From: Octopus vulgaris
Taxonomy: Eukaryota
Assembly (NCBI GenBank): GCA_951406725.2
Contig: OX597818.1
Coordinates: 43,338,001 to 43,402,000, forward strand
Length of the DNA stretch: 64,000 nt
Reading direction: 5' to 3'
The position numbers and the translations under genes were made by a program. The notes under the pieces were generated by a model. The model made no database searches and was not told the origin of the DNA. It saw only the letters and a program-made list of their open reading frames with translations. Position 1 is the stretch's first letter. Each line of letters opens with the position of its first letter. Shown one piece after another: positions 26,589 to 40,020 of the stretch.

Positions 26589-26699
26589 AGAAAAGATGTG
26601 CCCTTGGAAAAAAGACCATATGCCTCATGTGTTTGATAAACTACAAATACCTCTTCCAATTCCACATCCGGCAAGCATTGCTTTAGCTATCTATAACAG
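26589..26699 (+). CDS. Coding exon E (EKMCPWKKDHMPHVFDKLQIPLPIPHPASIALAIYN-R)
   Basis: tctttcag acceptor and CAG|gtaggt donor. 111 nt, phase 2 to phase 2, open frame. Confidence 0.85.
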
Positions 26700-27795
26700 G
26701 TAGGTACAACTGCGTATGGTTCTATATTGCACATGGAAATTTCTCAACAAATTGCTTTAAGATTTTCCCTTCATTATGTTCTTTTAACATTTTTACATCA
26801 TTTAAAATTTATTTCTTGGTATTATTTGTGTGATATAAATATCACACGAAGATTTAAGATTTCAGTCTATAACTGCTAAATATTCTATATTTTTGTCATG
26901 CTATTACCTCAATTAGTACCTGATATTAGTCATTACAAATTTTAGCATTTACCAGAAGACAAAGTAAATTTAATCAGCAGTCTATACATATTATGATACC
27001 CAGACTTTTCATTAATAATTTATTTTAATTACTCTATTTGGATTTATAAGTAAAAATTACTCTCCAATCAATATTAATTAATTCATTCAATTTCTTGTAT
27101 TTATACTTAAACAATTAATGATTAATTTTCAAGAGAGTGAAACAATTTCAACAACTTCATTTATTCACCAACTAAATTACAACAAACAAAAATTTAAAAA
27201 CTTATGGGTTTTTTTTTTACATTCTGATTAACAAAAATATTATAATGATAAGAACTGTGTTAATGATTCTAAGCTTATTATACCCATTAATTACTAATTT
27301 TTACTCAAGGTAAAACTTTCTGGGCACCTAGTTATTTACCAATAGTAACTGAAGTGCACAGGTAATTTGATTGCAATTTAACTTTGAAATAGACTGTTTT
27401 ACATATGGTAGTTCAAATCAAAAGGCTCTAAATATAAGTATATAAACTATCTTGTGAAAAACAATTACAAAACGAATTACTAAGAACCATTATCCAAGTT
27501 TATTGTCTGGAGTGCCAACTTTGATTTCCTGTAGCCAAGTTTGTTAATGTTTACTAGATTAGATAACATCTATGACTGGCTCACTATGATTTCAACATTT
27601 ATATTTTATTTATTGTTTATTCTGTTGTATAACAATCACATTGTTTGGGTTAAAATAGTCATATGTGTTGTTTATTCCATTATTGAAGTTTTCATCACGT
27701 TCTTATCTGTCTCATCTCCTATTTCTTTACTCTCTCTTTCCATTTGTCTCTCTTTCTCATCTCTCTCTCTCCCTCTCTCTCACTGTATGCATATA

Positions 27796-27831
<36 letters not shown>

Positions 27832-28627
27832 AATAAATATATATTATATATCGATTTTATTTATTTTGTACTACAAAAGCATAAAAACACACTATACACT
27901 CTCATATTAGAAGTGTACACTTCTAGTATATTTTTGTTAACATCTAGATCAAGATTTCTTGCAGTCATCCTTTTAGTTAAATGTACACACGAAGGGGTCG
28001 AGATGAAAAGTGTGTGTGTGTGTGTGTGTGTTAAATTTCTTTTTTTGATATATAAAATATATAGACTTACAAGTTGTCATATCTCAATTTATCTGGCAGT
28101 TTTTTTTGTTTGTTTATTTTTTGTGTTTTAAACTAGTAGTTGCTCACATTCTCCTCAAAAAAATCCATTTTGAGTCCTAAATTGTTGGACAATCACTGTA
28201 TACAATAAACTGATCGACTGACTGCAGTTAGAGAGCTGATCTAACTTAATGTAATTCAGATGGTGGATCCATATTGTATCGATATTTATTATTTGTTATA
28301 ATTTGATAGCATGTAAAAATTGGTGAATCGTCAGGGAAACATTTGCAATATGTCTTGGATGATGATAGTATTGATGACATCTATCTCTTTTCCAATAGAC
28401 CACACAGTTATAAAAGTATCCTATCTACATTTAAATAACCCTGTCCACTTAGCAAAAAATGCTCAGCAGAAAGCAATGCAATTCACTACTCTATGACTGT
28501 GTTTTGATAACCTTAGAGAGTTGAGATCGAATATTTCCCTGTGCATTGCTAAAACAAAAAGAAGTCAGCTTAATGTTCACATCCTTAAATAAAACATGGA
28601 TATTCGAGGAGATGAATAACTGAAAGA

Positions 28628-28945
28628 TCATCATCATCATCATTTAATGTCCGCTTTCCATGCTAGCATGGTTGGACGATTTTGACTGAGGGCTGGCGAA
28701 CCAGATGGCTGCACCAGGCCCCAAACTTGATCTAACAGAGTTTCTACAGCTGGATGCCCTTCCCAACGCCAACCACTCCGAGAGTGTAGTGGGTGCTTTT
28801 TACGTGCCACAAGCATGGGGGCCAGTCAGGCAGTACTGGCAATGACCTCGCTCGAATCTTTTTACGCATGCCACCAGCACAGGTGCCAGTAAGGTGACAT
28901 TGGTAACGATCATGCTCGAATGGTGCCCTTTTACGTGCCACCGGC
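28628..28945 (-). mobile_element. 3' end of the (GAT)n-tailed RTE/RTEX LINE family
   Basis: (CAT)n plus conserved body as at 22039. Confidence 0.8.
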
Positions 28946-29747
28946 ATGATGAAATAAGTGTATTAGCAATACCAAAAAGAATGCACTAAATAGATAACTC
29001 AAAGTAGACACTGAATACTAAATAAATAGGTTGGTATCTGCTGGTGTGATCAGTGTTCTAACTGAAAAGAAAGAAGCAGAAAAAAATATTCTTGAAGTTT
29101 ATTCGTGACCATTTTGATACCAACCTCACTGAGACCACATCTGATTTTATAATACAAAGTTTCTGTCTTAAAGTGATCTAAATTAAAACCTTTCATCAAA
29201 ATATTTTGTTAATTTATGTTCCAAACACCAGCTTAATAATGATAAAGTTATTTCATTAAATTTTCCGTTACTTTAAAACTTAATGATTGAAACAAAAGCA
29301 GTGTATTTGAACAGTATCAATATAGTTTCAAAAGGGTTAATTACTTTTTTCTGAAGAATCAGTAGATAACTTGACTTTTATTCTAGACAAATATATATAG
29401 ACAGATAAAGTATGTAAAAAAAATATTGAGATTCTAATTATGTTATAATTATAATCTCAATTAAGTTGTAATTATGACAGCAGCGTTCAAAAGTAAAATG
29501 AAATACACTAACAGTTTCAGATATTATTTAAATCAGTGGTTGTTAGCCTTCATCCTGGTCAATATTTTCATAATTTTTTTCTAATTTATCATTTTGACCA
29601 GAATAGGTGGTAATCTATAAAAAAACACAAATTAAAATAAAAAATGATTTTTTTCAACAATATTTATGTTATGTTCAAAATTATTCAGATTTTATTTTTT
29701 TTTAATATTCTTACACTAATTAATTCTTTCAATTTTTTTTTTCTCAG

Positions 29748-30144
29748 GGAAAATGATCAATATCCAATTAACTTTGAGGATCTCTATTGTCAGAGAATTA
29801 TCAAAGCTACTAAAGAAGTCCCCTATGTTGATGTTGGGCACCTATCGTCTCCAGAACTTTTTGAGCTTGAACCCAGCACACCAGATATCGGCACGTTTGG
29901 GGAGCCAATCAACTTACTATCCCACCTAGCCCAACAAGAAGCTTCTTACTTTTCCGATGATAATGTAGGGGGTGTTACTGGAACCAGCAGTCCTGCTCTA
30001 GATAGTAATATGACCAATTCAGTACAAAACAGTTCTGTTGATGAACCAGACAAAGATGATGCTGTTGAAGGTCACATTGTCTATGAAGAGAATGAGAGAG
30101 ACAGTAGCTGTATTATTGAATTAAGGGAAATTGCAAATGGATGA
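29748..30144 (+). CDS. Terminal coding exon F (ENDQYPINFEDLYCQRIIKATKEVPYVDV...ELREIANG*), acidic Ser/Asp/Glu-rich C-terminus
   Basis: Poly-T plus ctcag acceptor at 29747 with a phase 2 start. Matches the 3' part of track ORF 29644..30144 and ends in TGA. Confidence 0.85.
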
Positions 30145-31450
30145 AATTTCATCATTTTAGTGCTTCTTTATATATTTACGTAACATTATGGTCAACTGAT
30201 TGTTTTATTGCGCGTGTGTGTGTAATTATGTATACAAAAATCTATTAAAAAATGGTATTCACCAGGATGGATGAACTAAAATCATTCGCTGTCTCAAATT
30301 GTCAGATATATGAAGTCTACTGGTTTCTTAAAAATATCACCAGCATTTCTTTATCTTATTTTCAACATTGTCTGTATATTTGCTCAGGTCTCTCTTATGT
30401 GTTTGACTCTGGTTCAGCTGTATGTCTTACATAAATGTTATGATATATTTTACTCATTTAACGAACAACATTGTTCTTGTATAGTACTTATGTAAGAAAA
30501 AGAAAAGGAAAAAGAATGCAGAAATCTCATGCCCGTTCATCATTATATGAGATACTTTTTTTTTTAAATGTCTATTTGAAACCTGTATCATATCAGGTTA
30601 TCTTTTAAACTACAAAACTTGCTTACCTGAACTGGTAAAATTAGTATCATTTGAGGACTACTGTGGTTTTTGTTTGTTTTTTTTTTTTTGTTGTTTTTGT
30701 TTTTTTTTTCTGTTTCAAAATGTTTCACGTTTCCCAAAATGTTAGAAAAGTTACATTAGTATTTCACACCTAGTTCTGTTGTTTGTCTCTGTGTTGGTTT
30801 CCCTGACCCATTATAATTGAGATGATATCAAATTTAAAAAAAAAACAAAAACACACCTACTTCAAACACTTTCAAAGTAATATGAGGTTTAGTTATGTGT
30901 GGTCCTCCCATTGTAAAAATAGTTTGAAGGGTAAAGAAAAAGAAAAAGAAAACTTACAAGAAACAAATGAAAGGAAATGGGTGTTATGCACCAGTGTTAC
31001 GAACCTTTGAAACTTAAGTTACAGTTGTTTGAAGCTCTTATAGACTGTGCAATATGTTTTTAAAATTTAGTAACTTTCTAGTTAAATGTGTGGCATGAAA
31101 TTTATTGTCATCAATAAACTAGTTTAAGTACCAGTAGTATAGACATGGACTTTTAAATATTGTCATTTGATAGTATAAAAATGTTTTTCATGATTTGCTA
31201 CATCTTGTGAAGCTTTGATAAATATTATGAATAATAATAATAATAACTTTTTGAATAACTCCAAATCAAATAGAATGTTGTTTTTTTTTGTCTCTCTTGC
31301 TTATGAACCAAAAGTGCTCTCACAGTCCACTGACTAAAAGACATAGAATTCATATTATCACTTGAGTTTATTAGTTTATTTAGTTTTAACAAGAATGATT
31401 ATTATTTATATTCTGTAAATTTAATCTAGGAAGAATTCTTGTTTTTAATC

Positions 31451-31498
<48 letters not shown>

Positions 31499-32567
31499 TT
31501 TAGCTTTATTTTCATGAATAAAATGTATGACATTTGGGGGAGGGGGGATTATATGTTTCATTTAATTCTAATTATTTACACATTTAACAAATAATTCAAA
31601 ATAATCTAGCAAACATCCTTAAATTCTTGATTTTGTTTTCTTTAATCATATCTTGAAATTTTGTATTGTTAATTGCTTAGTTAACAATTGCCATAAAAAT
31701 TATGTCCACCATATTCCTTGTAAATGTTGTAAAATGATATGTATTTATACACATATACATATATATGTGTGTGTGTGTGTGTCACAGGAATTTTATTGTT
31801 AAATGGTGTTTCGCCATAACACCTGTGCATGTTGCAAATATATATATGTATATGTGTGTGTGTCCCTCTACACCTCTTGTAAATGTAAAAAAAAAGGTAT
31901 CTTACATGATGGATTGCTATAACAGATTCTATAAAACTATTTTTTGTCATGTAATTGTTACAGCAAATTAGTGTTTATGGTATCTCTTCTCAGATTCAAG
32001 TAAGTTTAGATATGGAATTGTATTATGGCTCACTTTTTAACCATTGCAGCAGGAAGGTGTGAAAGCCATGTCAATTATTTTGCTACTATCTACTAAATCG
32101 ATTAATAAGGATTGACACAATTCCAGTCAGTCAAGCTTTTAGAAGATACATTTACATAATTCTTACGTAGGTTATATCTTAAAGTTTAGAATGACAATTT
32201 TCAGTACTTTCCTCTTTCAGTTTAAAGAAATAAGCCTGTTGGCTGTGATAATCAATATAGAATTATGTGAATATAATGTGAAGCTCAATACTTAAGATAG
32301 AATTATTTTGAGGTGTTAGAGACAAGAGGTACATACACATTAACTCTAGAATCTGGGATCATAAACATTTCTAGTAATAACTTTCATAAATGTCATAAGC
32401 TTCAAATGTATTATTTCAGGTGAAACACATTTTTGACATTTATGTGGCTTTATATTTCCAAGTAATTTGCTCAATATTTAATGGTACCATATTTTCAGCA
32501 AATTATCTTCTAATTCTGTAAATATTTAACCCAAGCTTCTTCATATATATATACATATATATATATA

Positions 32568-32623
<56 letters not shown>

Positions 32624-35600
32624 AATATATAATCATCATTTTATGTAAAAGTGTGGTGCTTGTGTGATCAGTTCATTATGGTTAATCAATAAAGTTTGGA
32701 TTTACATTGATGCTCCAAACTAGAGTTTGATCACTTGCTTTGACATATATCTCAAAACAACTGATCAAGGTTTCTTCTTGCCTATTAACACTGCACTGTT
32801 AGATGCAGTGATTTACACTGCTAGCCACTGCATCTAACATGTATTTGGTTGTGAAAGTAAGTTATAACAAATACATTTAAATGATTTGCAATTGTGTTAA
32901 GTTCCTTTAAGTGTTAACTGAATCCTTTGTATACTCAGCAAATTTTTTAAAGTGGAAGCTTCTTGCATCAGAACGTGGAATATTTTTTGATTAATGACAA
33001 GGTACAATCGATTTCATACTGGAATAAAGTAATCATTTTGTGAATATGTCTACTGAAAATGTCATTTAATTACTTTTTTGACGATGAATGATTAAAACTA
33101 AAGGTCACTTCTGACAGCATAATATAATTATTACTGCTCTTACACGTAGGATGTTTTAAAAATGAAAATATTCAGAAGAGAAAAAATTTTAATGAAATTA
33201 ACTCTATTTATATTTCTTAATGTTCCTCTCTTAAAATTTTGTTAATTATAATAGTATATTGTAAGAATAACAATAGAACACTTATAATTTAATTGGCATT
33301 AGGTAAGATATTATGCCATCTTAATATGATTGTAAACAATCATGTTGGTTGACTATACAAAACCTATAAATTCATCAGAAATTCACAATAAAAATTAATC
33401 TGAATATGAATATTAAAACCTTTAAAAACAGAAGAACAAAGGTTCATAATTATTTTTCAACTCATTTCATGATGTGATATTTATATTGACTAGGAATTGA
33501 ATAAGGTAAAATAAAAATGATACTGTAATTCACTCTATAAAGCCAAGACCAACTTTGGAATATTTCTAAGTTAGAATTATTATTATTATTAAAATTCTTG
33601 AAAAATAAATTGAAAATTAAATAACTATCAGACAGACACTTCATGTTTTTTCCTCCAGTGACAAAATATATTCAAATCTGTTTCTCTCTGAAATTGCAGA
33701 TTTTGTCTTGTTTCAGTGGTAGTTTGGAATCATTCCAGTAAATGCTTATAACAGAAATAACAACAATTTCAAATTTACTAGAGCAAAGAAAAGTTATCAA
33801 AATTTGAAACAATATTATTCAGTGTTTCACAATTTGCCATCGTTATTTTCACATGTCGTTTTTAACCCCATTCTGCAAACGTTAAGTTCCTGCATGTTAT
33901 GCAGCCATGTAATAGAAATGATATTCCACCCACATCTCAATATGCTCTGTAGTTTTGTGAACATCTTTTCTTAAAGCCTCTCTGTATAGCCAACTATGTT
34001 TATAAAGTTGTCATTGTCCAATAGTTAGCTACCTAAAAGTTTTTATGCCCTATATATTAACCATCTTGTCTGAATACATTGAAATCATTGGAGGGTATTC
34101 AAATGAAACCTTTATATCATTGTGATGTCTTTTACAAAAAACAAAAAACTAAAATAAAAAAAAATTCATTTATATAAATTTTAAGAAGTCTATCTTTGAT
34201 TGCGAAAACCTGTGTTTTTTTACTAAAATGATCCTACTGATTATTCTTTCTTTGTAAATTTTTCTTTCTTTTTTAAAACATGTAACCAATTTTTACATTC
34301 ATTTTTCTTTTATATTTTCTTTTTCCTTTCCTCTCTTACCATGTTGTTTGTGATGTACAAAGTTTTTGCAAAATGTCATATTTATATGCAAAAGTGTAAC
34401 ATCATGCAGTGTTGTATATTTTTGTGTCTTTGGAACATTACTAAGAACAAAGTCTAGTAAATTCATCCCTCAGCAACAGAGCTGAACCATTGACACATCC
34501 TTGCTTCAATGGTTGATAGATATATCTGCACTTTCAGAGAAACATTCAAATAGTTATAAGGTATTTTAAAAAAGAAAAAAAGATAAAATAAAAAGAACTA
34601 AAAGTCAAAATATATATAAAAAAAATTATAAAAAAGAGCTAAACAAAAGAAAGAAACCCCCTATAATTTCTCTCAAGGTATCAAGATTAAATGTCCGCTA
34701 CTGTGGCCTATTCACTGTGTCTGTAGTCTATTTTTTTATCTGATTGAACTGTGATGAAATTATGCAACAGCAGATTGGTGGTGAAAGACTTGCACAATAA
34801 AAAAACAGTAACTGTTCTGAAATTCAGCTGTTCCTGAATTATGAATTGATTTTCTACTCCCCCCCCTCCTCTCCTTTTCCTGCCCATTTATCTATATTCT
34901 TTCCTCACTCACCATTTACAGTTTTATTCCCTCCCTCACTTTTTGACTTTTGCAGAGTTTTGTATTTTTTATTTCTCAACATCAGTAAACACAAACAAAC
35001 ACACACACACACACACATACAGATGCATACATAACCTAACATAACACACATATCATTATATCCTTTGTATCCTTTATTAAAGAAAAATGTTTTGGTTTTT
35101 TGTTTGTTTGTTTGTTTTTTGTTTTTTTTTTATTAATAAACTCATAACTATGTTTGTATTAATATGCTGGAAAATTGTTTTTATTTTGTTTTTTTTTTTT
35201 TAAAGTTTTTACTGAAAGTGCATGTGTGCATGCATGTGCATATCACATAATAAGTTCTGAAGTTTTTATTCTCCAGGAGGAGTTCTAGTTAAGAGATGTC
35301 ACCACTTATCATCAAAACATTTTTTTTTTTTTGCATCTGCTTCTTCCTCTCTTTCATTCATTCCAACTTTTATTTTTGTTGTTCCAATTTTTTTTTAAAA
35401 ACTTTATTTCCACTGTAAATGAAAAATCTCATGAAATTCTCCTGTGGTCTCTTCACTAGACCTCCAGAAAATTCATTTCCCTCTTCCCAACCATTTCACC
35501 ACAATAAAGCTTCTATCAACAAAGGAAAGAGTAAGAGAGTAAAAGCAATTTATTTTGCTTTGTTTATGTATTGGACAAATGACTGAGCTCATATGTAGAG

Positions 35601-36050
35601 AGAGAGCTAAGTTTAGCTTATTTCAGTGGTGTTCAGAAGTCAAAATATTCCCAACATTTAAAAAAAAAAAATAAACCAATAAAGAAATATAACAACTAAC
35701 AATATTTTCTTTGTTTTCAATTCATACCCACTTCAAAAATGATTGTTATAATAGCCAACTTTGAATTATTTCAGAAAATGCATAACTTTACTAATTCATT
35801 TATAGAATAATTAATGTGTGGTAGAAATTTATCTCTAGGAAATTTAAAAGAATTTGTATTCATAAATATAACAATTAAAATTGATTGTATTATTTCCTTT
35901 CATTTTCTAATTGTCAATAACAACAAAATCCAGATCTCAATGAATCTTGCTGCTAAAATAGTAAGTTTAAGAACTTTATGCTGTCACCACTTGTATGAAA
36001 ATGTTTGAAATCAGGAAGAGCATTTCCAGTTTAAAAGTTCAAATATCTTT
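30145..36050 (+). other. Putative long 3' UTR of the spliced gene (true end unknown)
   Basis: About 6 kb after the stop codon with no recognisable SINE or LINE copy, unlike the rest of the window. Contains U-rich tracts and several AATAAA motifs. Confidence 0.45.
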
Positions 36051-36084
36051 TGCATGGTATATCAAAAAGTTCATTGTCTAAATT

Positions 36085-37410
36085 CCATCATCATCATTAT
36101 CATCATCGTTTAACATCCGCTTTCCATGCTAGCATGGGTTGGATGGTTCGACCGGGGTGTGGAAAGCCAAGAGGCTGCATCAGGCTCCAGTCTGATCTGG
36201 CAGTGTTTCTACAGCTGAATGCCCTTCCTAATGCCAACCATTCTGTGAGTGTAGTGGGTGCTTTTTATGTGCACCAGCAAAGGGGCCAGAGGACTCTGGC
36301 AACGGCCACAATCAGTTGGTGCTTTTTACGTGCCACCAGCATGGACACCAGTCAAGGCAGTGCTGGCATCGACCACGTTCAGATGGTGGTTTTACGTGCC
36401 ACCAGCATGGGTATCACAACTATAATTTCCATTTGATTTTCATTTTGATGTTGATGTACTTGACTCAATAGGTCTCCTCAAGCACAGCAGGTTGCCCTAC
36501 GATCCAAGGTAAGCACAGCAGGCCGTCCTGTGAGCTATGAACTCACTTCATTTGTCGGGTCTTCACAGTCACAGCTTTTCGTCATTGCCTCTGTGAGGCC
36601 CAACATTTGTAGGTCATGTTTCACCACCTCATCCCATGTCTTCCTGAGTCTACCTCTACCCTGGATTCCTTCAACTGTTTGGGAGTGGCACTTCTTCACA
36701 CATTTCTCCTCGTCCATCAATAGTACATGACCATACCAATGCAAACGTCTCTCCTGCATGCCACATCCGATGCTTCTTATGTCCAACATTTCTCTCAGGG
36801 CACTTACACTGTTGTGCGTGCACACTGATATTACGTATCCATCGGATCATGCTAGCTTCATTTCTTTCGAGCCTACACATGTCCTCTGCAGTCACAGCCC
36901 GTGTTTCACTGCCGTGAAGCATGGCAGTTTGCACACATGCGTCATGCAATCTACCTTCCTCTCTGAGTAAGAGGCCCTTTATCACCAGTAGGGGTTGAAG
37001 CTTTCTAAACTTTGCCAAGGCTATTCTTATTCTAGTGGTAACACTCTCTGAGCATCCATCTCCACTACTAACTTGGTCACCTAGGTAGCAGAAACTATCA
37101 ACTACTTCTAGTTTCTCCCCTTGGAGTGTGATGGAATCTGTTTTCTGAGTATCTGTGGTGTCTATTGCCCCTGTGCATCTGCCGCACATGAAAGCTATCT
37201 TCTCAGTTAATTTTCCTTTGATGTTGCTGCACCTCTTATGTGTCCATAGCTTACACTGGGTACATCTTATGGAATTTCTACCTACAACTTTTCTACAGAT
37301 CAAGTAGGGCCACCTACCTGAGGGGGTGTGTGATGAGTTCGCCTTCCTACTTACTAGAACTTTGGTCTTTGCTACATTGACTCTAAGGCCTTTTGATTCT
37401 AAACCTAGCT
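36085..37410 (-). mobile_element. 5'-truncated RTE/RTEX-type LINE: RT C-terminal region, 3' UTR and (GAT)n tail
   Basis: ORFs 36671..37303 (NSIRCTQCKLWTHKRC Cys/His insert; EVVDSFCYLGD; LHGSET) and 36535..36825 (RLHWYGHV...GRGRLRKTW) are contiguous with the abundant (CAT)n repeat. Confidence 0.9.
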
Positions 37411-37514
37411 TCCCAAAAGAATTAGTATTTGGAATTTAAAATGAAACAGCTTAAAAGATTATTTAGCAATGGTTCATGAAATGTTAAGAGATATATTGTT
37501 AATCCAAGATCTTG

Positions 37515-37990
37515 TTAATTCAATTCAATTCAATTCAATTTTTATTGGCTCAAAAAGCAAGAGCAAGGCCATGTAGGGGGACAGGAAGTTATGTACAGGG
37601 AGGGTGGTCATACAAAGAGTTCAGGCCATTTCTGGTCAAGAGAGACTTTGAACCGAGCGGTCGTCGGCATCTTCACTATCTCATCCGGCAACTTATTCCA
37701 TGGATCCGCAACCCGGACGGAGAAAGCCCCTCTCCTTCGATTGAGATGAAATCGTCATAGATAGAGCTTTTCGGAGTGACCCCACAGCCCACACTCTGGA
37801 GCAGGAGTGAAGAACAGCTCTTTCGAGAGGTTACACTTTCTGCTTATGATGTTGTGAGCGAGAATGAGATCACCACGGCGGCGGCGTTTTTCGAGAGAAT
37901 AAAGGTCGAGCGTCCTCAGCCTTTCTTCATAAGACAAATGCTTGAGACCAAGAACCATGCGGGTAGCCAGCTTCTGGACTCTTTCAAGTT
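37515..37990 (-). mobile_element. CR1-clade LINE 3' fragment with (TTGAA)n tail
   Basis: ORF 37755..37958 (LKHLSYEERLRTLDLYSLEKRRRRGDLI) is the classic CR1 C-terminal motif. (AATTC)n lies at the left end. Confidence 0.85.
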
Positions 37991-38570
37991 ACGTAAGTTT
38001 GACTGCATAGAATAACTTTATGTGTGGCAAGACAAATGGATTTATGGGAATATTACCATATATACACGTAGGTGAGAGAATGTGTGTGTTAGTTTTAGAG
38101 TTCTGTTGTACAATTCCGTTGATTTATTTTTCAACTCTTGTTCTGTGCTTAGCAAACAGCTTTTTATAGTGAGAAAAGTGGGCTTCAGCAAGTTGTTCAT
38201 CAAACAGTGAGCACATTGAAACCAGCCAATGAAAATAGTCATGTGACAGACTCTTGAAAATGTTGTTTTCCCCTATATCCAAGTGACAAGGTCATGTGAT
38301 TTACAATGTTCCTAATGCTACCATAATTAGGATATGTGATAACAGCAACTGAATGCAACATATGTGGGCATATGTGTATCAGCTTGTGTGTCTACATAAA
38401 AGAGAGGTAGAGTTAGCATTCATATGCAAAGGAGCAAGAATAAGTTTGTAAGTGATGAGGGTAGAATAAGAGTAAATGAAGAAGAGAACATGAGAGATGT
38501 ACCACATTGCTTCCTCTTCTAGATGAAAAGTCAAACATGGTCGATCAGTATATAAAACTTGTAGAATATA

Positions 38571-39136
38571 TTGGGTTGTCTGGAAAGTTTGTGCCGATTT
38601 ATAGTAGCTTACCTTTCAACTTATTTTAGAACATGGTTGAGTCCATAAAATAGGATTTGACTACACCTCCATTTAGAGCACAGTTTAAGCTATCTTTTCG
38701 TGGAAGAAGGTTTATGTTCCTATAACTTGTGTTAATTCTGTAACCCTTTAAAATGGAAAATAAGAGAGTTCATTTTCAGCACTTGATGCTTTGGGAACCA
38801 GACAAAAATTGCTGTAGCTCGGCTGGGATGTGTTACCCCATCTTCCATAATCACCAGATATTGCTCCTTTGGATTTCCACTTATTCAGGTCTCTGCAGAA
38901 TAGTCTTAATGGTAAAAATTTCGATTCCTTGGATGACATAAAAAGATACCTTGATGAATTCTTTGCCATGAAACCCCCTCAATTCTGGGTAGAGGGTATT
39001 TTCAAGTTAAATGTAAGATGGAGACGCATTGTGCAACAAAATGGTTCATATTTGGTTGATTTAAAATGTAATGGCAAGTATTTATTGACCTTTTTCTTTC
39101 CTTTAAAAATCGGCACAAACTTTCCAGACAACCCAA
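38571..39136 (+). mobile_element. Second copy of the internally deleted mariner, 566 bp
   Basis: TIRs ttgggttgtctggaaagtt / aactttccagacaacccaa with TA flanks. MENKRVHFQHLML is fused directly to the C-terminal segment, as in the 8772 copy. Confidence 0.9.
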
Positions 39137-39594
39137 TATATGTGTAAACCTACAGTTTTTCAGGGTTTTTTTTTAAAATCAAAGGCTTGTACATAGTATT
39201 TACGTTAGTGTGCATATCAACCAGTTCTGGTCTTAACATGAGGTGGAGAAACAGGAATACTGGTCAGTGGAAGAAACGGTAGTTTTAAACTGGACTGGCA
39301 AGCTGTCAAATTTGGTGTTTTTATGAGAACTAGTGAAGAATTAGGATTACAAGACGAAGGATAGAATGATGGAGTAGCACTAATCTGATGAAATATTGTT
39401 TCAAATTTCCATTAATTTTCCAAACAGGCATGCTTCATTCAATCTGTGCTGCTAATGCTTTTTCTTTGTCCTGTGCATATCAATAAAGAAGCACTTGAGG
39501 AGTTGTTTGAAGTACTTTAAATGGACTGGAATATGGCATTTCTAGTGGTTGTTGAATCATGTCATTATGGAAACATGTGACTGTTACTGAATGT

Positions 39595-40020
39595 TCCTAT
39601 TTCTTTACTGCCCACAAAGGGCTACATGCAGAGGGGACAAACAAGGACAGACAAACGGACGGATTAAGTCGATTATATCGCCCCCAGTGTGTAACTGGTA
39701 CTTATTTAATCGACCCCGAAAGGATGAAAGGCAAAGTCGACCTCGGCAGAATTTGAACTCAGAATGTAGTGGCAGACAAAATACCTATTTCTTTACTACC
39801 CACAAGGGGCTAAGCATAGAGAGGACAAACAAGGACAGACAAACAGATTAAGTTGATTACATTGACCCCAGTGCGTAACTGGTACTTAATTTATCGACCC
39901 CGAAAGGATGAAAGACAAAGTCGACCTGGGTGAAATTTGAACTCAGAATATAACGGCAGACAAAATACCGCTAAGCATTTCGCTCGGTGTGCTAACGTTT
40001 CTGCCAGCTCGCCACCTTAC
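39595..40020 (-). mobile_element. Tandem (dimeric) SINE family B
   Basis: Two consecutive cctatttctttact...gaactcagaat units, with the head present only on the right unit. Confidence 0.75.

Noticed and set aside
27541-28131. 196-aa hydrophobic ORF
   Set aside because: Low-complexity T-rich intron sequence containing microsatellites, with no motif, lying within intron E-F.
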